Below are positions 19,332 through 34,165 of a stretch of 64,000 bases of DNA, one piece after another (positions within the stretch are counted from its first letter, which is position 1; the number at the start of each line of letters is the position of its first letter). The notes beneath the pieces were generated by a model. The model ran no database searches and was not told the DNA's origin. It worked only from the letters and a program-made list of their open reading frames with translations. The translations under genes and the position numbers were made by a program. The stretch is from the NCBI GenBank assembly GCA_964016885.1, contig OZ024742.1:262322001-262386000 (forward strand), read 5' to 3'. The DNA is from Eledone cirrhosa (taxonomy: Eukaryota).

Positions 19332-19386
19332 ACTGCTATATATATTTCAGTGACAGCCATCTTTGGCTGTGACCTCTTCAGGCAGT
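19332..19386 (-). ncRNA. Type-I hammerhead ribozyme with (TA)n stem III
   Basis: Minus: actgc CTGAAGA G gtcacagcca aaga tggctgtcac T GAAA tatata TA gcagt. Confidence 0.85.
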
Positions 19387-19523
19387 TTGAATTAGTATGG
19401 TATAGACAAGTACATATGTTGTTTAGGTGTATGATATTGTCAATACTCTGATATGCCCAGTTCCTTGCTGGGTTGTTAATTCACTGGGGAACTGGAGTCA
19501 TATACAACCAACATAAACTCAAA

Positions 19524-19556
<33 letters not shown>

Positions 19557-19591
19557 TATATATATACACACACATATATATATATATATAT

Positions 19592-19678
<87 letters not shown>

Positions 19679-19730
19679 TATATATATACACACACATATA
19701 TATACATATATATATACACATATATATATA

Positions 19731-20029
19731 CATGGTGGCTGCCAACTCGTTTTCGAGTACGGCCACTACTTTATATCCATGTAGGAGAACCCCTACCGAT
19801 GCGCTGAACGAATGTGACTTTTTAGTCCAGCCAGCGACTTGAAAACTCTGGTACAAAGACTACACTTGTGACCATTATTGACACATAGTGCTGGGCCCAT
19901 GGTACCATGTGATGACAAGTGCAGAGAGATCTCCAGATATAAAGCAATGCCTGTGCTGTGAAGCTTTTATAGTGAGCAAAGGCACTGCACAAAGCCAGTC
20001 CCACTCTCTTAACCAAGATGATATTTACC

Positions 20030-20031
<2 letters not shown>
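19731..20031 (-). mobile_element. 5'-truncated copy of the RTE-derived non-coding element
   Basis: Matches 2848-3120 and the reverse complement of 62695-62993. Confidence 0.75.
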
Positions 20032-20060
<29 letters not shown>

Positions 20061-20064
20061 ATAC

Positions 20065-20129
<65 letters not shown>

Positions 20130-20132
20130 CAC

Positions 20133-20167
<35 letters not shown>

Positions 20168-20333
20168 CACATATATATATACATATATATATATACACAC
20201 ACATATATATATATATATACACATATATATATATATACACATATATATAAATATATATATATACATATATATATATATACATATATACATATATATATAT
20301 ATATACACATATATATATATATATACACACATA

Positions 20334-20368
<35 letters not shown>

Positions 20369-20376
20369 GTATACAC

Positions 20377-20458
<82 letters not shown>

Positions 20459-20480
20459 GTATACACATATATATATATAT

Positions 20481-20628
<148 letters not shown>

Positions 20629-20648
20629 ATATATATATATACACATAT

Positions 20649-21409
<761 letters not shown>

Positions 21410-21410
21410 C

Positions 21411-21443
<33 letters not shown>

Positions 21444-21511
21444 CATATATATATACATATATATATATACACATAATATATATATACGCATATATATATA
21501 TATATATAGGC

Positions 21512-21542
<31 letters not shown>

Positions 21543-21647
21543 TATATATATATATACGCATATATATATATATATATATACGCATATATATATATGCATA
21601 TATATATATATATTCACATATATATATATATACACATATATATATAT

Positions 21648-21737
<90 letters not shown>

Positions 21738-21739
<2 letters not shown>

Positions 21740-24444
21740 CATCATCATCATCGTTTAACGTCCATATTCCACGCTCGCATGGGTTTGGACGGGAGTTTTC
21801 CCACTTGAGGCAAGAGTGGTTGTCTTGCTCGCATAGGACTGTCTGGCGGGTTTTCTACGGCTGGATGCCCTTCCTAACACCAACCACATTTACAGTGTGG
21901 AACTGGGAGGTTTTTACCGTGTTACCTACACGGCCACATTACAGCGTGGACTGTGTGTTTTTTTGTTGTGACACCTACACGACCTCATTTGTTTCGGGCT
22001 GGATGTTGTGGTACTAACATAACTTTACATTGAAAGGGGTGGTGTGGATGGGGTGGGAGTAGTGGTACGGGGGGTGTATTTTGTTATAAGTGCCTACTGA
22101 CTGTAGTAGGTTTCACTTTGTACTTAGGTAAGGCGGGCCTTCTCTATTACTGTGTAGCGCCAAAGCTCTTGGTCCAGTGGCATTGTCTTGGAGAGTGTAA
22201 GTGTGTGAGATCGGAATTTATCAAGTCGTCCCAGGTTTTTCTGGGTCTGCCTACTCCGTGGCTACCGTCTATTTTTATTGCCCTACAATTTTTTATACAG
22301 CTGTCGTCTTTCATGCGCATCACGCGACCATACCAACGTAGCCTTCTCTCGAGTAAACAACATCTGATCCCTCTTATTTCTAATTTTTTCCTTAGTTCGT
22401 TTATGCTTTTCCGTTCACGTATATTACTATTACACATCCAGCGGAGCATGCAAGCTTCGTTCCTCTCCAGTCTGTGTATATCCTCTGCACACAATGCCCA
22501 GGTCTCACTGCCATGCAACATTGATGTTCGTATGCAGGCATCATACAGCGTGCCTTTCATTTTTAGGGAGAACCCTTTAGCGGCTAATAGTGGTATAAGC
22601 TCTCTGAACTTTTTCCATCCAATTCTGACTCTAGCTACTGTACTTTCAGAGCACCACTGCTGATTTTGTCACCCAGGTAACAGAAGCTGTCCACTATTTC
22701 TATAGAACCATCTGTGCAATGGAATGAGCTAGTATTCTATGGGCACTTGCTGCTACTTATTGCACCAGAGCAGCGGCCACATATAAAATCTATGTTCTTA
22801 GTTAGCTTACCTGTGATCCCACTACATCTTTTATGCACCCATACTTTGCATTTGGGACATAAAATGGAGTTTTTACCTACTCCTTTTTTACACACTGAGC
22901 ATGGCCATTTCCCGGATGGGACTGGCGCCCTATTTTCCTTCCTACAAACTAGAACTTTAGTCATAGACAGGTTAATTTTAAGGCCTTTTGATTCTAGGCC
23001 ATGCTTCGATTAATTTAATGCCTCTATAGTTACTCCTATCTAGGGCATCTCCTTTACTCTTGTAGCAGTTAATGATGATGCTGCTACGCCAGTCCTTCGG
23101 AACAACCCCATTCTGTATGACTTGGTTTACTATCCGGGTGACTATGGTGTGTCCCACCGTTCCAGAAGCTTTCAGCTTTTCAGCAACTATTTCCGAAGGC
23201 CCAGCCTCTTTACCCGTCTTCATATCATTGATTGCCTTACTTATTATACTACCCTCGACTAACACTGCTGGTCCTCTATTGGGTCGATGTGGGGGAGACT
23301 GTCTTTCTCCCATTTATTCTCCTCATTTAGTAGCCTTTCGTAGTGACACTTCCAAGCTACCTTCTTATCAGCGTCAGTGATGGCAAGTACACCATCATCA
23401 TTAAGTACACACTTCTCCCCGACAATATCACGGTTTTCCTTGACACATTGCCTAGCAACCTGAACTTTCCTCTGCTTCCCTTCTTGCGAAATACACTTGT
23501 CTCCTAGCTTCCCTCCTGGCCACTTGATAGTCTTCTCTACTTCCCCCATCCCGCCATACTTTCCAAGCCTGCTTTTTGGCCTTAATTGACTCCTCCACCT
23601 TACTGTTCCACCACCATGTTACTCTCCTCCTGCTGCCTATAGGCCTGCTCCAGCCACAGACTTCGTCTGCCGCCATCAGCAGGTTGCTTTCAGGAATTCC
23701 CACTGTTCCTCTATATTGTACGACTCTAAATGCTCTTCCTTACTGTCGAAAGCATCAAGTAATATGCTTTTAAATTTATTTCTGGCTGTGGGGTCCTTTA
23801 GCTTCCATATTTTTCTCCTGAGGATAGTCCTCTTCTGCTGTCTAGTACGTCTCGTCCTGACTAAGAGGTCGCTAATTATCAGTCTATGTTGGGAGGTGCA
23901 TTCTTCATGGGGGAGGGATTTAGTGTTTACAACAGACACTCTGTCACGTCTTCTGGTAAGGATATAATCAACCTGGCTGGTAAGTTCCCCTGATCAGTAG
24001 GTGATCAAGTGATTGTCTCGTTTTTTGAAGTTAGTGTTACAGGTAGTTAGGTTATTTGTATCACAGAATTCCAGGATTCTGGAGCCTTCCTCATTTCTAG
24101 TACCAAACCTATAGCGTCCGTGGATTCCGTCATAGCCGTCACAATGTTGTCCAACGTGACCATTTCGGTCGCCAGCAATAATTATATAGTCACTGTCGGT
24201 TATTTGGGAGGTAGTGAGCATCGGTGTCTCATAGAATCTGTCTTTTATAATGCCAGGCAGTCCAGATTGGGGCGCGTTCGCAGATATTACTGTCACAGTA
24301 GTTCTATTTAGAACAAGTCTTATTTTAATTATTCTGTTATTCACTCTATTTACGTCTATTATCTTATCCACCCATTTTTCTGCTAACATGATACCTACTC
24401 CACCCAGCCCATTGTCATTTCCCACCCAGAAAAGCTTATAGCAT

Positions 24445-24447
<3 letters not shown>
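21738..24447 (-). mobile_element. Degenerate second copy of the RTE LINE with the RT core deleted
   Basis: Fragmented ORFs similar to 11891-15410; sequence jumps from NYRGIKLI to the HGLESKGL region near 23007. Confidence 0.92.
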
Positions 24448-24511
<64 letters not shown>

Positions 24512-24512
<1 letters not shown>

Positions 24513-24658
24513 AGGTTAACGTATGTTGATGCCCTAAGGACAGACACTGGTCTGTTGGAGATGCAGGACATGGCAGCGATAATGAGGGACAGAGACCGCT
24601 GGAGAGAACTCGTCCATGGATCTCGGGAATTTTACCCGCCTTAGATAGATAGATAGAT
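24512..24658 (+). mobile_element. 3' end of another RTE-type LINE with (AGAT)n tail
   Basis: Translates [14 protein letters not shown]...[13 protein letters not shown]...*, a typical RTE C-terminus. Confidence 0.6.
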
Positions 24659-24678
24659 ATATGTGTATATATATATAC

Positions 24679-24777
<99 letters not shown>

Positions 24778-24801
24778 TGTATATATATATATACATATAT
24801 G

Positions 24802-24833
<32 letters not shown>

Positions 24834-24881
24834 CATATATGTATATATATATACATATATGTATATATATATATACATATA

Positions 24882-24973
<92 letters not shown>

Positions 24974-25006
24974 CACATATATCTATCTATCTATCTATAT
25001 ATATAC

Positions 25007-25057
<51 letters not shown>

Positions 25058-25168
25058 CATATATGTATATATATATACATATATGTATATATATATACAT
25101 ATATGTATATATATATATATACATATATGTATAAATATATACATATATATATATATAAATATATATAC

Positions 25169-25249
<81 letters not shown>

Positions 25250-25513
25250 CATATATATATATATGCATATATATATATACATACATACATATATATTATT
25301 GGCAACATGACCCTCCCAAAGTATAACAACATATATATATATATACATATATATATATACATATATATATACATATATACATATATATATATACATATAT
25401 ATATTAATAATAATAAATTTGAAGACTAAAATCCAAAGAGAGCTCGATAAGGATAAATATATATCAAATATATAAGAACCGTAGAGCAAATATTTATTAA
25501 AATAACAGATTAA

Positions 25514-25564
25514 AGTTTAAGCAAAGAATCGCTGCTTTCACCCTTAACGGGATCTTCTGAAACT
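25514..25564 (-). ncRNA. Hammerhead-like motif of PLE-A (U4A variant)
   Basis: Mirror of 28437-28487. Confidence 0.6.
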
Positions 25565-28436
25565 AACAAAGTCAATCTGTAAACGCAGAACTGGATATTT
25601 CAAAAAACGTTGCAACCGGAGGAAGACAGGAAGACGATACTTTGGTTCGTGGTAACGTTCGCTGGCAAAGAACGGGAAAAAACGAATAATATGTCATTAA
25701 TAGGAGCGGTGAAAAACAATTACGCGCAAAGACAGAACCACGTTTATGGTATAAAAGAGGTCGTAGACTAATGTTCTCTTAGGTGGTGCATAGAGACGTT
25801 CTCTGGCAATGAACGAAAAAACGAAGATAATACGTCATATGTGGAGCGTGGGGAACAATAGCACGCCAAGACAAAACCCCGTAAATGGTATAGCAGAAGT
25901 CGTAGACTAAAATTCTAACTAGGAGACCAAATGAATCTCCGCTACAGAGTTAAGAACAAAGTAAATAAATACAATACAGAAGTAATAGAAATAAATAAAT
26001 ACATACAGGCAAACAAATACGTACATACACAAGCATACGCAAAACCTTACCATAGGTATACGAAACCACGCACATATAAATATGTGTGTGTGTATGCGTG
26101 TATACAAATAAATAAATAATTATATAAACGTATAAGAATAAATAAATACGTATATAACAAGCGCACACACATACCTGCATATGAATACACGAATGTTCGG
26201 AGACGTAAGTCAACTAAAACAAAAAGTACACATATACACACACCCACCATACGTACGAACCTGCATACTCACACAGACGCAAAACTCCCGTATACACATA
26301 GCCAAACCCTATGTACCAGAAATATAAAATTATACGCCATAACAATCAAATATACGTACGAGAAGGTATACGTACCTTCACAAAACATACGGGTAATATA
26401 TACTTACCTATGCAAATAAGTAAAGGAATAAACAAAACATATACTTAGCTCCCACATCAAGACGTAAAATATCCACGTATAGATCGTACTATCCGTTAGG
26501 GTATAACGTGGGGCTGTAATACAGGAAAGTTTTGTGCAATTTATGTTTACAAGCCGAAATTGCCTCAGATTTTTTGTTTAAGATGTGGTCTGTGGCGTAG
26601 AGTATTTCCAGGCCTCAGCGGCGCAGAGGTCACATGGTCTTTTATTTCCGTTATACGATCTAGCCCTAGCTAGGATCTCCCAGTGTAACTTATATTGGGT
26701 GTGGTTGTCTTTTAGACTCCAGATATAAGCTGAAAGTGACGTCATATTCCTTCTTAGAGGGTAATGAAAAGAATGGGTATGCATGTAAAGACGCTGCTTA
26801 AAACTATTGGCGGTTAACCCTATGTAGGCCCTATGGGACGTGGGTGTTACAACCTACATTTGTAGACAATGTTACTAGAGAGGCATTTCCCGGATAGGGG
26901 GCAATCAGCCCGATTCCTACAATTACAGTTAGTACTAACTACAGGGTTGCACGTGTTCCTACGGCTAGGTAGTTTAGCTAAATTTGAAGCTGTGATGTTA
27001 TGTGCAAAGTTAGGAGTCGTAGAGTAAGAAATTTTAATAGTATTTCTATTAAAAATTTTACTATATTTATGTGTAGGGGGAAAATGCTTCGTAATAAGGG
27101 AAAGAAAGATCTTAGCTAATGGTGTGGCCACCTCCATATTATATGGTGGGTTATACCAACAAATGCGACGGGATCTATTTCTTCTAGGTCTATTTTCGTG
27201 CTCTGTATATGCTACCTTATCGACAAATCCACTTCGTGCAAGAGCTTCATTGTAATAAGTGGAATGGTCGTTGAAAATACGCTCGTTGGTGGAAAGACGG
27301 GAAAGCCTCAACGAAACGTTTCTTACCAGGTTCTTGGTTATGCTGGCAGGATGGATGGAATGCTTACTTATGTAATTAAGCGTATCATTCGGCTTTCTAT
27401 ACGGGTAATACAACCCATTCAATAAATTGAGGGTAACGTCAAGGTAATTAACGACCGAGAGATTGGCCTCAACCTGTATAGAGAGGTTGAAGCCTTTAAA
27501 GAAGGCTGTGAGTTCTTTTCTGAACCTGTCGCAAGCACGAGGTCCGCACTTAGTCATAGTCAAAAGACCATCGTCACGGTACAAACCACCGCCTGTGTTG
27601 GGGAATTCGTCCTTGATAGAGAAAAGAAGGAAAAGGCCAATAAGATCAGTAACCTCCGCAGAGTCACTGGCGCCCATACTCACGTCAAATGGGGTACTAT
27701 TGGATTTTTTAATCCAAATAGAGTCGTCGAAATTAATCACCGACTTTCGGGCATTGAGGATGACATCAACTTCGAAATCCTTAACCACTGTGAGTGTTTT
27801 AGCGAAATTGATAGCTCTAAGGAGAAGTGGTGAAGTGATGGAGGAGTAGTAATTGTTGATGTCGAATTGGATAAAACGGCAATGTTCCTTGTTACATACA
27901 CGCATACACACACACACATATTTATATGTGCGTGGTTTTGTATACCTATGGTAAGGTTTTGCGTATGCTTGTGTATGTACGTATTTGTTTGCGTGTATGT
28001 ATTTATTTATTTCTATTACTTCTGTATTGTATTTATTTACTTTGTTCTTAACTCTGTAGCGGAGGTTCATTTGGTCTCCTAGTTAGAATTTTAGTCTACG
28101 ACTTCTGCTATACCATTTACGTGGTTTTGTCTTGGCGTGCTATTGTTTCCCACGCTCCACATATGACGTATTATCTTCGTTTTTTCGTTCATTGCCAGAG
28201 AACGTCTCTATGCACCACCTAAGAGAACATTAGTCTACGACCTCTTTTATACCATAAACGTGGTTCTGTCTTTGCGCGTAATTGTTTTTCACCGCTCCTA
28301 TTAATGACATATTATTCGTTTTTTCCCGTTCTTTGCCAGCGAACGTTACCACGAACCAAAGTATCGTCTTCCTGTCTTCATCCGGTTGCAACGTTTTTTG
28401 AAATATCCAGTTCTGCGTTTACAGATTGACTTTGTT

Positions 28437-28487
28437 AGTTTCAGAAGATCCCGTTAAGGGTGAAAGCAGCGATTCTTTGCTTAAACT
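28437..28487 (+). ncRNA. Hammerhead-like motif of PLE-A (U4A variant)
   Basis: agttt CAGAAGA T ccc gttaa ggg T GAAA gca gcgattctt tgc TT aaact. Three stems pair; the core deviates at positions 4 and 10.1/11.1. Confidence 0.6.
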
Positions 28488-28537
28488 TTAATCTGTTATT
28501 TTAATAAATATACATATATATATATATATATATATAC

Positions 28538-28590
<53 letters not shown>

Positions 28591-28632
28591 CATATATATA
28601 TATGTATACATATATATATGTATATATATATG

Positions 28633-28733
<101 letters not shown>

Positions 28734-29037
28734 GTATATATGTATATATATATATGTATATATGTATATATATATATATGTATATATGTATATATATATA
28801 TATGTATATATATATATGTATATATATGTATATATCTATGTATATATATATATGTATATGTATATATATATATATTGTTATACTTTGGGAGGGTCATGTT
28901 GCCAATAAGAAACACACGCACCAGTTGCTTTCACTTCAATTTATTATATATTTATAAATTTATAAATTTACAAATCTACAAACTTATAAAATTCTGGTTG
29001 GTTGGTTGGTTCCACAACCAGATAGTTGTTTATATAT

Positions 29038-29082
29038 AGTCATAGTCCTTTCGTCACACACTCTGTGACCTCTTCAGTGACT
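29038..29082 (-). ncRNA. Minimal type-I hammerhead of PLE-B (left arm)
   Basis: Mirror of 34121-34165. Confidence 0.75.
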
Positions 29083-29286
29083 GGGAATTCCTTTCTTTGT
29101 TTCTGTGCCTTTCCTTTCTTCTATCCTACGCCATTTTGTTTCTGTGTGTATGTTGTGTGCTCAGTTTGCGCATGCGCCACATCCGGGTGTCTGTGTGTTA
29201 TTGTGTTCATTTATCTATTTGTTTATTTATTTATTTATTTATTGTTGGTTGGTTGTTTGTTCTATGTGTGTGTTTTCATTTTGTCC

Positions 29287-31903
29287 TTAATTGTAAGTTG
29301 TGATGTTGCTGTTCCACTCATATTTTCTATTTAATTTTGGTTGTAATTCTTTTATGCTTACTGCCTCTGTAATTTGCCTAAACATTGCATCTTTTCTGTG
29401 TGTGGATTCTATTTTTATTTCTATCTTCTCTAATCTACCCATGTGTTCTATCTTAGCATGTTGGTAGAGCACAGATGATTCTTTATTATCTTGAAGGTCT
29501 CGCCAGTGTTCATTTATTCGTTCCCCTATACTACGAGCTGTCTCACCTATGTACACTATATTTTTGTTTCTACATTGTCCTTCAGTACATCTTATGCTAT
29601 ACACTACATTTCTAGTTTTACAGTTAATATGGGGGCTTATTTTACAGGTTATACATTTCTTATCTATACATGATGGTCTTTGGAACGGGTATGTCTTGCT
29701 AATAAGTGTTTTTACGGAGGTACCTGGTCTTTCTACTATCTTAATATTGAGTTTATGTTTATTTAGGGCCCTTCTAAATTTGTAGGCTAGTTCGCCTCTA
29801 GGGGTTGTATTGATGAACATTACACTCTGGTATTTATTGCTATCATACCATGAGTTTATTCTATTGGCCTTGTTCCTAGTTCTTTCTATTCTATTCCAAA
29901 ATTTGCTCCTATACAAGGGGCAGGTCCCATTTATGTCATTATTTACCATTTTTTCCCATTTGGTTCTGGCTCCTCTATACACTCTGATTCTATCTCTCTG
30001 ATTGTAGCCAGAGAACTGCATACGGTGGATGAAGTGTTGTATGTGTCTCTCTAGTTCTTCGGGGTTGCACACGCGGGACACATTTATCATCACCCGTACC
30101 AAATCCGCAATCAGTATGTTGATTTTGGTATGGTCCGAAATGGCCGAGTTTCGGTGGATCAGATGTTTGGAAGTCATGGGTTTGGCATAATGGGAATGGA
30201 GGATTTGTTTTTGGTTGTTAATGGTATCTAACCAGAGCTCTGTGTCTAGTACAGGTAACCGATGGTTGGGGTGTCTACTTGGGTAGTCTATAGTAACTCT
30301 AATGCTCTGGTGGATGGAGTTTGCTATTTGCTGGATGCTTTCCATTGTGTTTTTCTCTAGTTCCTGACTGTTCTTTAGTGGGGGTGTCTTAACTACGATG
30401 TTTATATCATCTACGTAGCGGGAGTACATTATCAGGGTTAAGCTGTCTTCTAATTGTTCTTTAAGTTTTTGTTTAAGTCTACTGTCCCACCATACCATGA
30501 ATAAGTTAGCTATGTCGCCTGCAATGCTAACACCAATGGCTGCTCCTTCCTCTTGGGCATATGTTTTACCATTAAATTTGAACATATGTTCCTTAAGGGT
30601 TAATTTTATGCTGGCCCCTACCGCATGTGCAATCATTTTCTTCAGTTCATCGTGGTTTTCGGGTGTCCGTATGGCTCTGGTCCACCCGTTCCATCTATCT
30701 GTGTGGGTTTTCTTGGCCATTGAGGTAATGGTAGGTGGTCTGCCTCTTGCTGGTCTTGTAGGGCACAGGTTGCTAAGGTCATAAGTGTCTAGGTAACTAT
30801 TACTATGGGAAAGCTTAAGTAGAAGTCCCAGCTCACTGGTATCAATCCTACGGAACTCAACCTTGCTCTCGCTGATCATTTCTACGCATTTCTCCACAGC
30901 AAAATCCACGTCAATAGATGGATACAGGGACATAACATCCATACTGCCTATTATGCAGTTTGTTAGGTCCCCAGATCGGTTACTCGCGCCGATTCTGCTG
31001 AGGAGGTCCTCCGTGCTGTCACATACATCTGGGGACATCTCAATGATGGGGCGTATGATCAGGGAGAGGAAGTAGGGCAGTCTGTAGTTACTAGCAATGT
31101 TAGCTCCACAGACTGGCCGTGTTGGTGGTCCCGCGACAGGGTCACAGCCCGTTTTATGGTCTTTTCGAAGCCCATACAACGCCGGCACGTCATTGTTCCA
31201 GGCCTGGAAGTTGTTGGCAGTCCTTTTGTTGGGCTGCATTATATTCGTCCACATCACCATATGGGCATTGAGGGATTTTTCTCTATCCTCATGCTCCTGT
31301 GGTGTTACCTCTCTTGTGTTAATGATGTGGGGTTGCATTGCCTGGATGTAGTTTGGCAGGCTGTCAACCGACATTCTGCCAGACTTGTCTGTTGGAAAGC
31401 ATGCTATCTCTCCATTACGCGAGCGCTGCATGAGCTTACGCAAGCCATTTGCAGATTTTTCTCCCAGTTGCTGGGCCTCTATTCTATTATGCTTCTTGCT
31501 ATACTGTTCTATAATATTTCTAAGTTCGGATTTAGCTATACTAAATTGTGCTTCTATTTGTTCATCGACCTGCGACGGCAACTGCGTGCGTTTGTTAAAT
31601 GGTAAAGTCGTGGCGTGGACTCGTCGCAGGTCGAATGATTTATCGGAGGGATTATAAAACGGAGAGTTCCAGGCTGCTGCTTTATGTGTACTAGTGCTAT
31701 TGTTATTGTTAGTTGTGTTGTTTCTATTTCTATTTCCACCAACAGCCTCATGGTTGTTTCTATGTCTCTCATAATTACTCCTGTCTCTTTCCACTGGCTC
31801 AATGTTGTTATCTACCCTATTTTGTGTGTCTGTGTGTTCGTCTTGGTTATTCTCTTTGTCCTTAGTCTCCCATCTCCTTTTCCTTTTAATCCTATTACTT
31901 TCC
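29287..31903 (-). CDS. PLE-B RT-GIY-YIG polyprotein, left arm (5'-truncated, open frame)
   Basis: PTDKSGR, SMDVMSLYPSI, GAAIG, RYVDD, PVLD, CxxxxCxxC linker, VVYSIRC...VYIGETARSIGERINEH. The ORF track extends to 32106 only by reading into the opposite arm. Confidence 0.92.
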
Positions 31904-33916
31904 CAGGAGCATGAGGATATAGAAAAATCCCTCAATGCCCATATGGTGATGTGGACGAATATAATGCAGCCCAACAAAAGGACTGCCAACAACTTCCAGG
32001 CCTGGAACAATGACGTGCCGGCGTTGTATGGGCTTCGAAAAGACCATAAAACGGGCTGTGACCCTGTCGCGGGACCACCAACACGGCCAGTCTGTGGAGC
32101 TAACATTGCTAGTAACTACAGACTGTCCTACTTCCTCTCCCTGATCATACGCCCCATCATTGAGATGTCCCCAGATGTATGTGACAGCACGGAGGACCTC
32201 CTCAGCAGAATCGGCGCGAGTAACCGATCTGGGGACCTAACAAACTGCATAATAGGCAGTATGGATGTTATGTCCCTGTATCCATCTATTGACGTGGATT
32301 TTGCTGTGGAGAAATGCGTAGAAATGATCAGCGAGAGCAAGGTTGAGTTCCGTAGGATTGATACCAGTGAGCTGGGACTTCTACTTAAGCTTACCCATAG
32401 TAATAGTTACCTAGACACTTATGACCTTAGCAACCTGTGCCCTACAAGACCAGCAAGAGGCAGACCACCTACCATTACCTCAATGGCCAAGAAAACCCAC
32501 ACAGATAGATGGAACGGGTGGACCAGAGCCATACGGACACCCGAAAACCACGATGAACTGAAGAAAATGATTGCACATGCGGTAGGGGCCAGCATAAAAT
32601 TAACCCTTAAGGAACATATGTTCAAATTTAATGGTAAAACATATGCCCAAGAGGAAGGAGCAGCCATTGGTGTTAGCATTGCAGGCGACATAGCTAACTT
32701 ATTCATGGTATGGTGGGACAGTAGACTTAAACAAAAACTTAAAGAACAATTAGAAGACAGCTTAACCCTGATAATGTACTCCCGCTACGTAGATGATATA
32801 AACATCGTAGTTAAGACACCCCCACTAAAGAACAGTCAGGAACTAGAGAAAAACACAATGGAAAGCATCCAGCAAATAGCAAACTCCATCCACCAGAGCA
32901 TTAGAGTTACTATAGACTACCCAAGTAGACACCCCAACCATCGGTTACCTGTACTAGACACAGAGCTCTGGTTAGATACCATTAACAACCAAAAACAAAT
33001 CCTCCATTCCCATTATGCCAAACCCATGACTTCCAAACATCTGATCCACCGAAACTCGGCCATTTCGGACCATACCAAAATCAACATACTGATTGCGGAT
33101 TTGGTACGGGTGATGATAAATGTGTCCCGCATGTGCAACCCCGAAGAACTAGAGAGACACATACAACACTTCATCCACCGTATGCAGTTCTCTGGCTACA
33201 ATCAGAGAGATAGAATCAGAGTGTATAGAGGAGCCAGAACCAAATGGGAAAAAATGGTAAATAATGACATAAATGGGACCTGCCCCTTGTATAGGAGCAA
33301 ATTTTGGAATAGAATAGAAAGAACTAGGAACAAGGCCAATAGAATAAACTCATGGTATGATAGCAATAAATACCAGAGTGTAATGTTCATCAATACAACC
33401 CCTAGAGGCGAACTAGCCTACAAATTTAGAAGGGCCCTAAATAAACATAAACTCAATATTAAGATAGTAGAAAGACCAGGTACCTCCGTAAAAACACTTA
33501 TTAGCAAGACATACCCGTTCCAAAGACCATCATGTATAGATAAGAAATGTATAACCTGTAAAATAAGCCCCCATATTAACTGTAAAACTAGAAATGTAGT
33601 GTATAGCATAAGATGTACTGAAGGACAATGTAGAAACAAAAATATAGTGTACATAGGTGAGACAGCTCGTAGTATAGGGGAACGAATAAATGAACACTGG
33701 CGAGACCTTCAAGATAATAAAGAATCATCTGTGCTCTACCAACATGCTAAGATAGAACACATGGGTAGATTAGAGAAGATAGAAATAAAAATAGAATCCA
33801 CACACAGAAAAGATGCAATGTTTAGGCAAATTACAGAGGCAGTAAGCATAAAAGAATTACAACCAAAATTAAATAGAAAATATGAGTGGAACAGCAACAT
33901 CACAACTTACAATTAA
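31904..33916 (+). CDS. PLE-B RT-GIY-YIG polyprotein, right arm (more truncated, open frame)
   Basis: Same protein from QEHED onward; four visible amino-acid differences from the left arm (R/I, P/S, S/T, V/M). Confidence 0.92.
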   Translation, partial: QEHEDIEKSLNAHMVMWTNIMQPNKRTANNFQAWNNDVPALYGLRKDHKTGCDPVAGPPTRPVCGANIASNYRLSYFLSLIIRPIIEMSPDVCDSTEDLLSRIGASNRSGDLTNCIIGSMDVMSLYPSIDVDFAVEKCVEMISESKVEFRRIDTSELGLLLKLTHSNSYLDTYDLSNLCPTRPARGRPPTITSMAKKTHTDRWNGWTRAIRTPENHDELKKMIAHAVGASIKLTLKEHMFKFNGKTYAQEEGAAIGVSIAGDIANLFMVWWDSRLKQKLKEQLEDSLTLIMYSRYVDDINIVVKTPPLKNSQELEKNTMESIQQIANSIHQSIRVTIDYPSRHPNHRLPVLDTELWLDTINNQKQILHSHYAKPMTSKHLIHRNSAISDHTKINILIADLVRVMINVSRMCNPEELERHIQHFIHRMQFSGYNQRDRIRVYRGARTKWEKMVNNDINGTCPLYRSKFWNRIERTRNKANRINSWYDSNKYQSVMFINTTPRGELAYKFRRALNKHKLNIKIVERPGTSVKTLISKTYPFQRPSCIDKKCITCKISPHINCKTRNVVYSIRCTEGQCRNKNIVYIGETARSIGERINEHWRDLQDNKESSVLYQHAKIEHMGRLEKIEIKIESTHRKDAMFRQITEAVSIKELQPKLNRKYEWNSNITTYN

Positions 33917-34120
33917 GGACAAAATGAAAACACACACATAGAACAAACAACCAACCAACAATAAATAAATAAATAAATAAACAAATAGATAAATGAACAC
34001 AATAACACACAGACACCCGGATGTGGCGCATGCGCAAACTGAGCACACAACACACACACAGAAACAAAATGGCGTAGGATAGAAGAAAGGAAAGGCACAG
34101 AAACAAAGAGAGGAATCCCC

Positions 34121-34165
34121 AGTCACTGAAGAGGTCACAGAGTGTGTGACGAAAGGACTATGACT
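34121..34165 (+). ncRNA. Minimal type-I hammerhead of PLE-B (right arm)
   Basis: agtca CTGAAGA g gtcaca gagtg tgtgac GAAA ggac TA tgact; single-bp stem III. Confidence 0.78.

Larger units (their letters stand above)
25406..28511 (-). mobile_element. Penelope-like element A (Naiad-like motifs), 5'-truncated, with inverted pLTR
   Basis: RT FDINNYYSSI...MGASDSAEV...LYRDD...YLDV, WYNPPY, CNCRNRADCPLSGKC, IVYKC, then frameshifted AYIGLTANSFKQR. Arms about 25490-26104 and 27895-28511 are inverted copies. Confidence 0.92.

Noticed and set aside
26480-27890. Selenocysteine recoding in the Naiad-like PLE
   Set aside because: No in-frame TGA in the retained RT and linker; disruptions are frameshifts.
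31802-32106. N-terminal extensions of the 939-aa and 704-aa ORFs, including a hydrophobic segment
   Set aside because: They are antisense read-through across the palindrome junction, not real N-termini. The same applies to the first about 60 aa of ORF 26847..28070.
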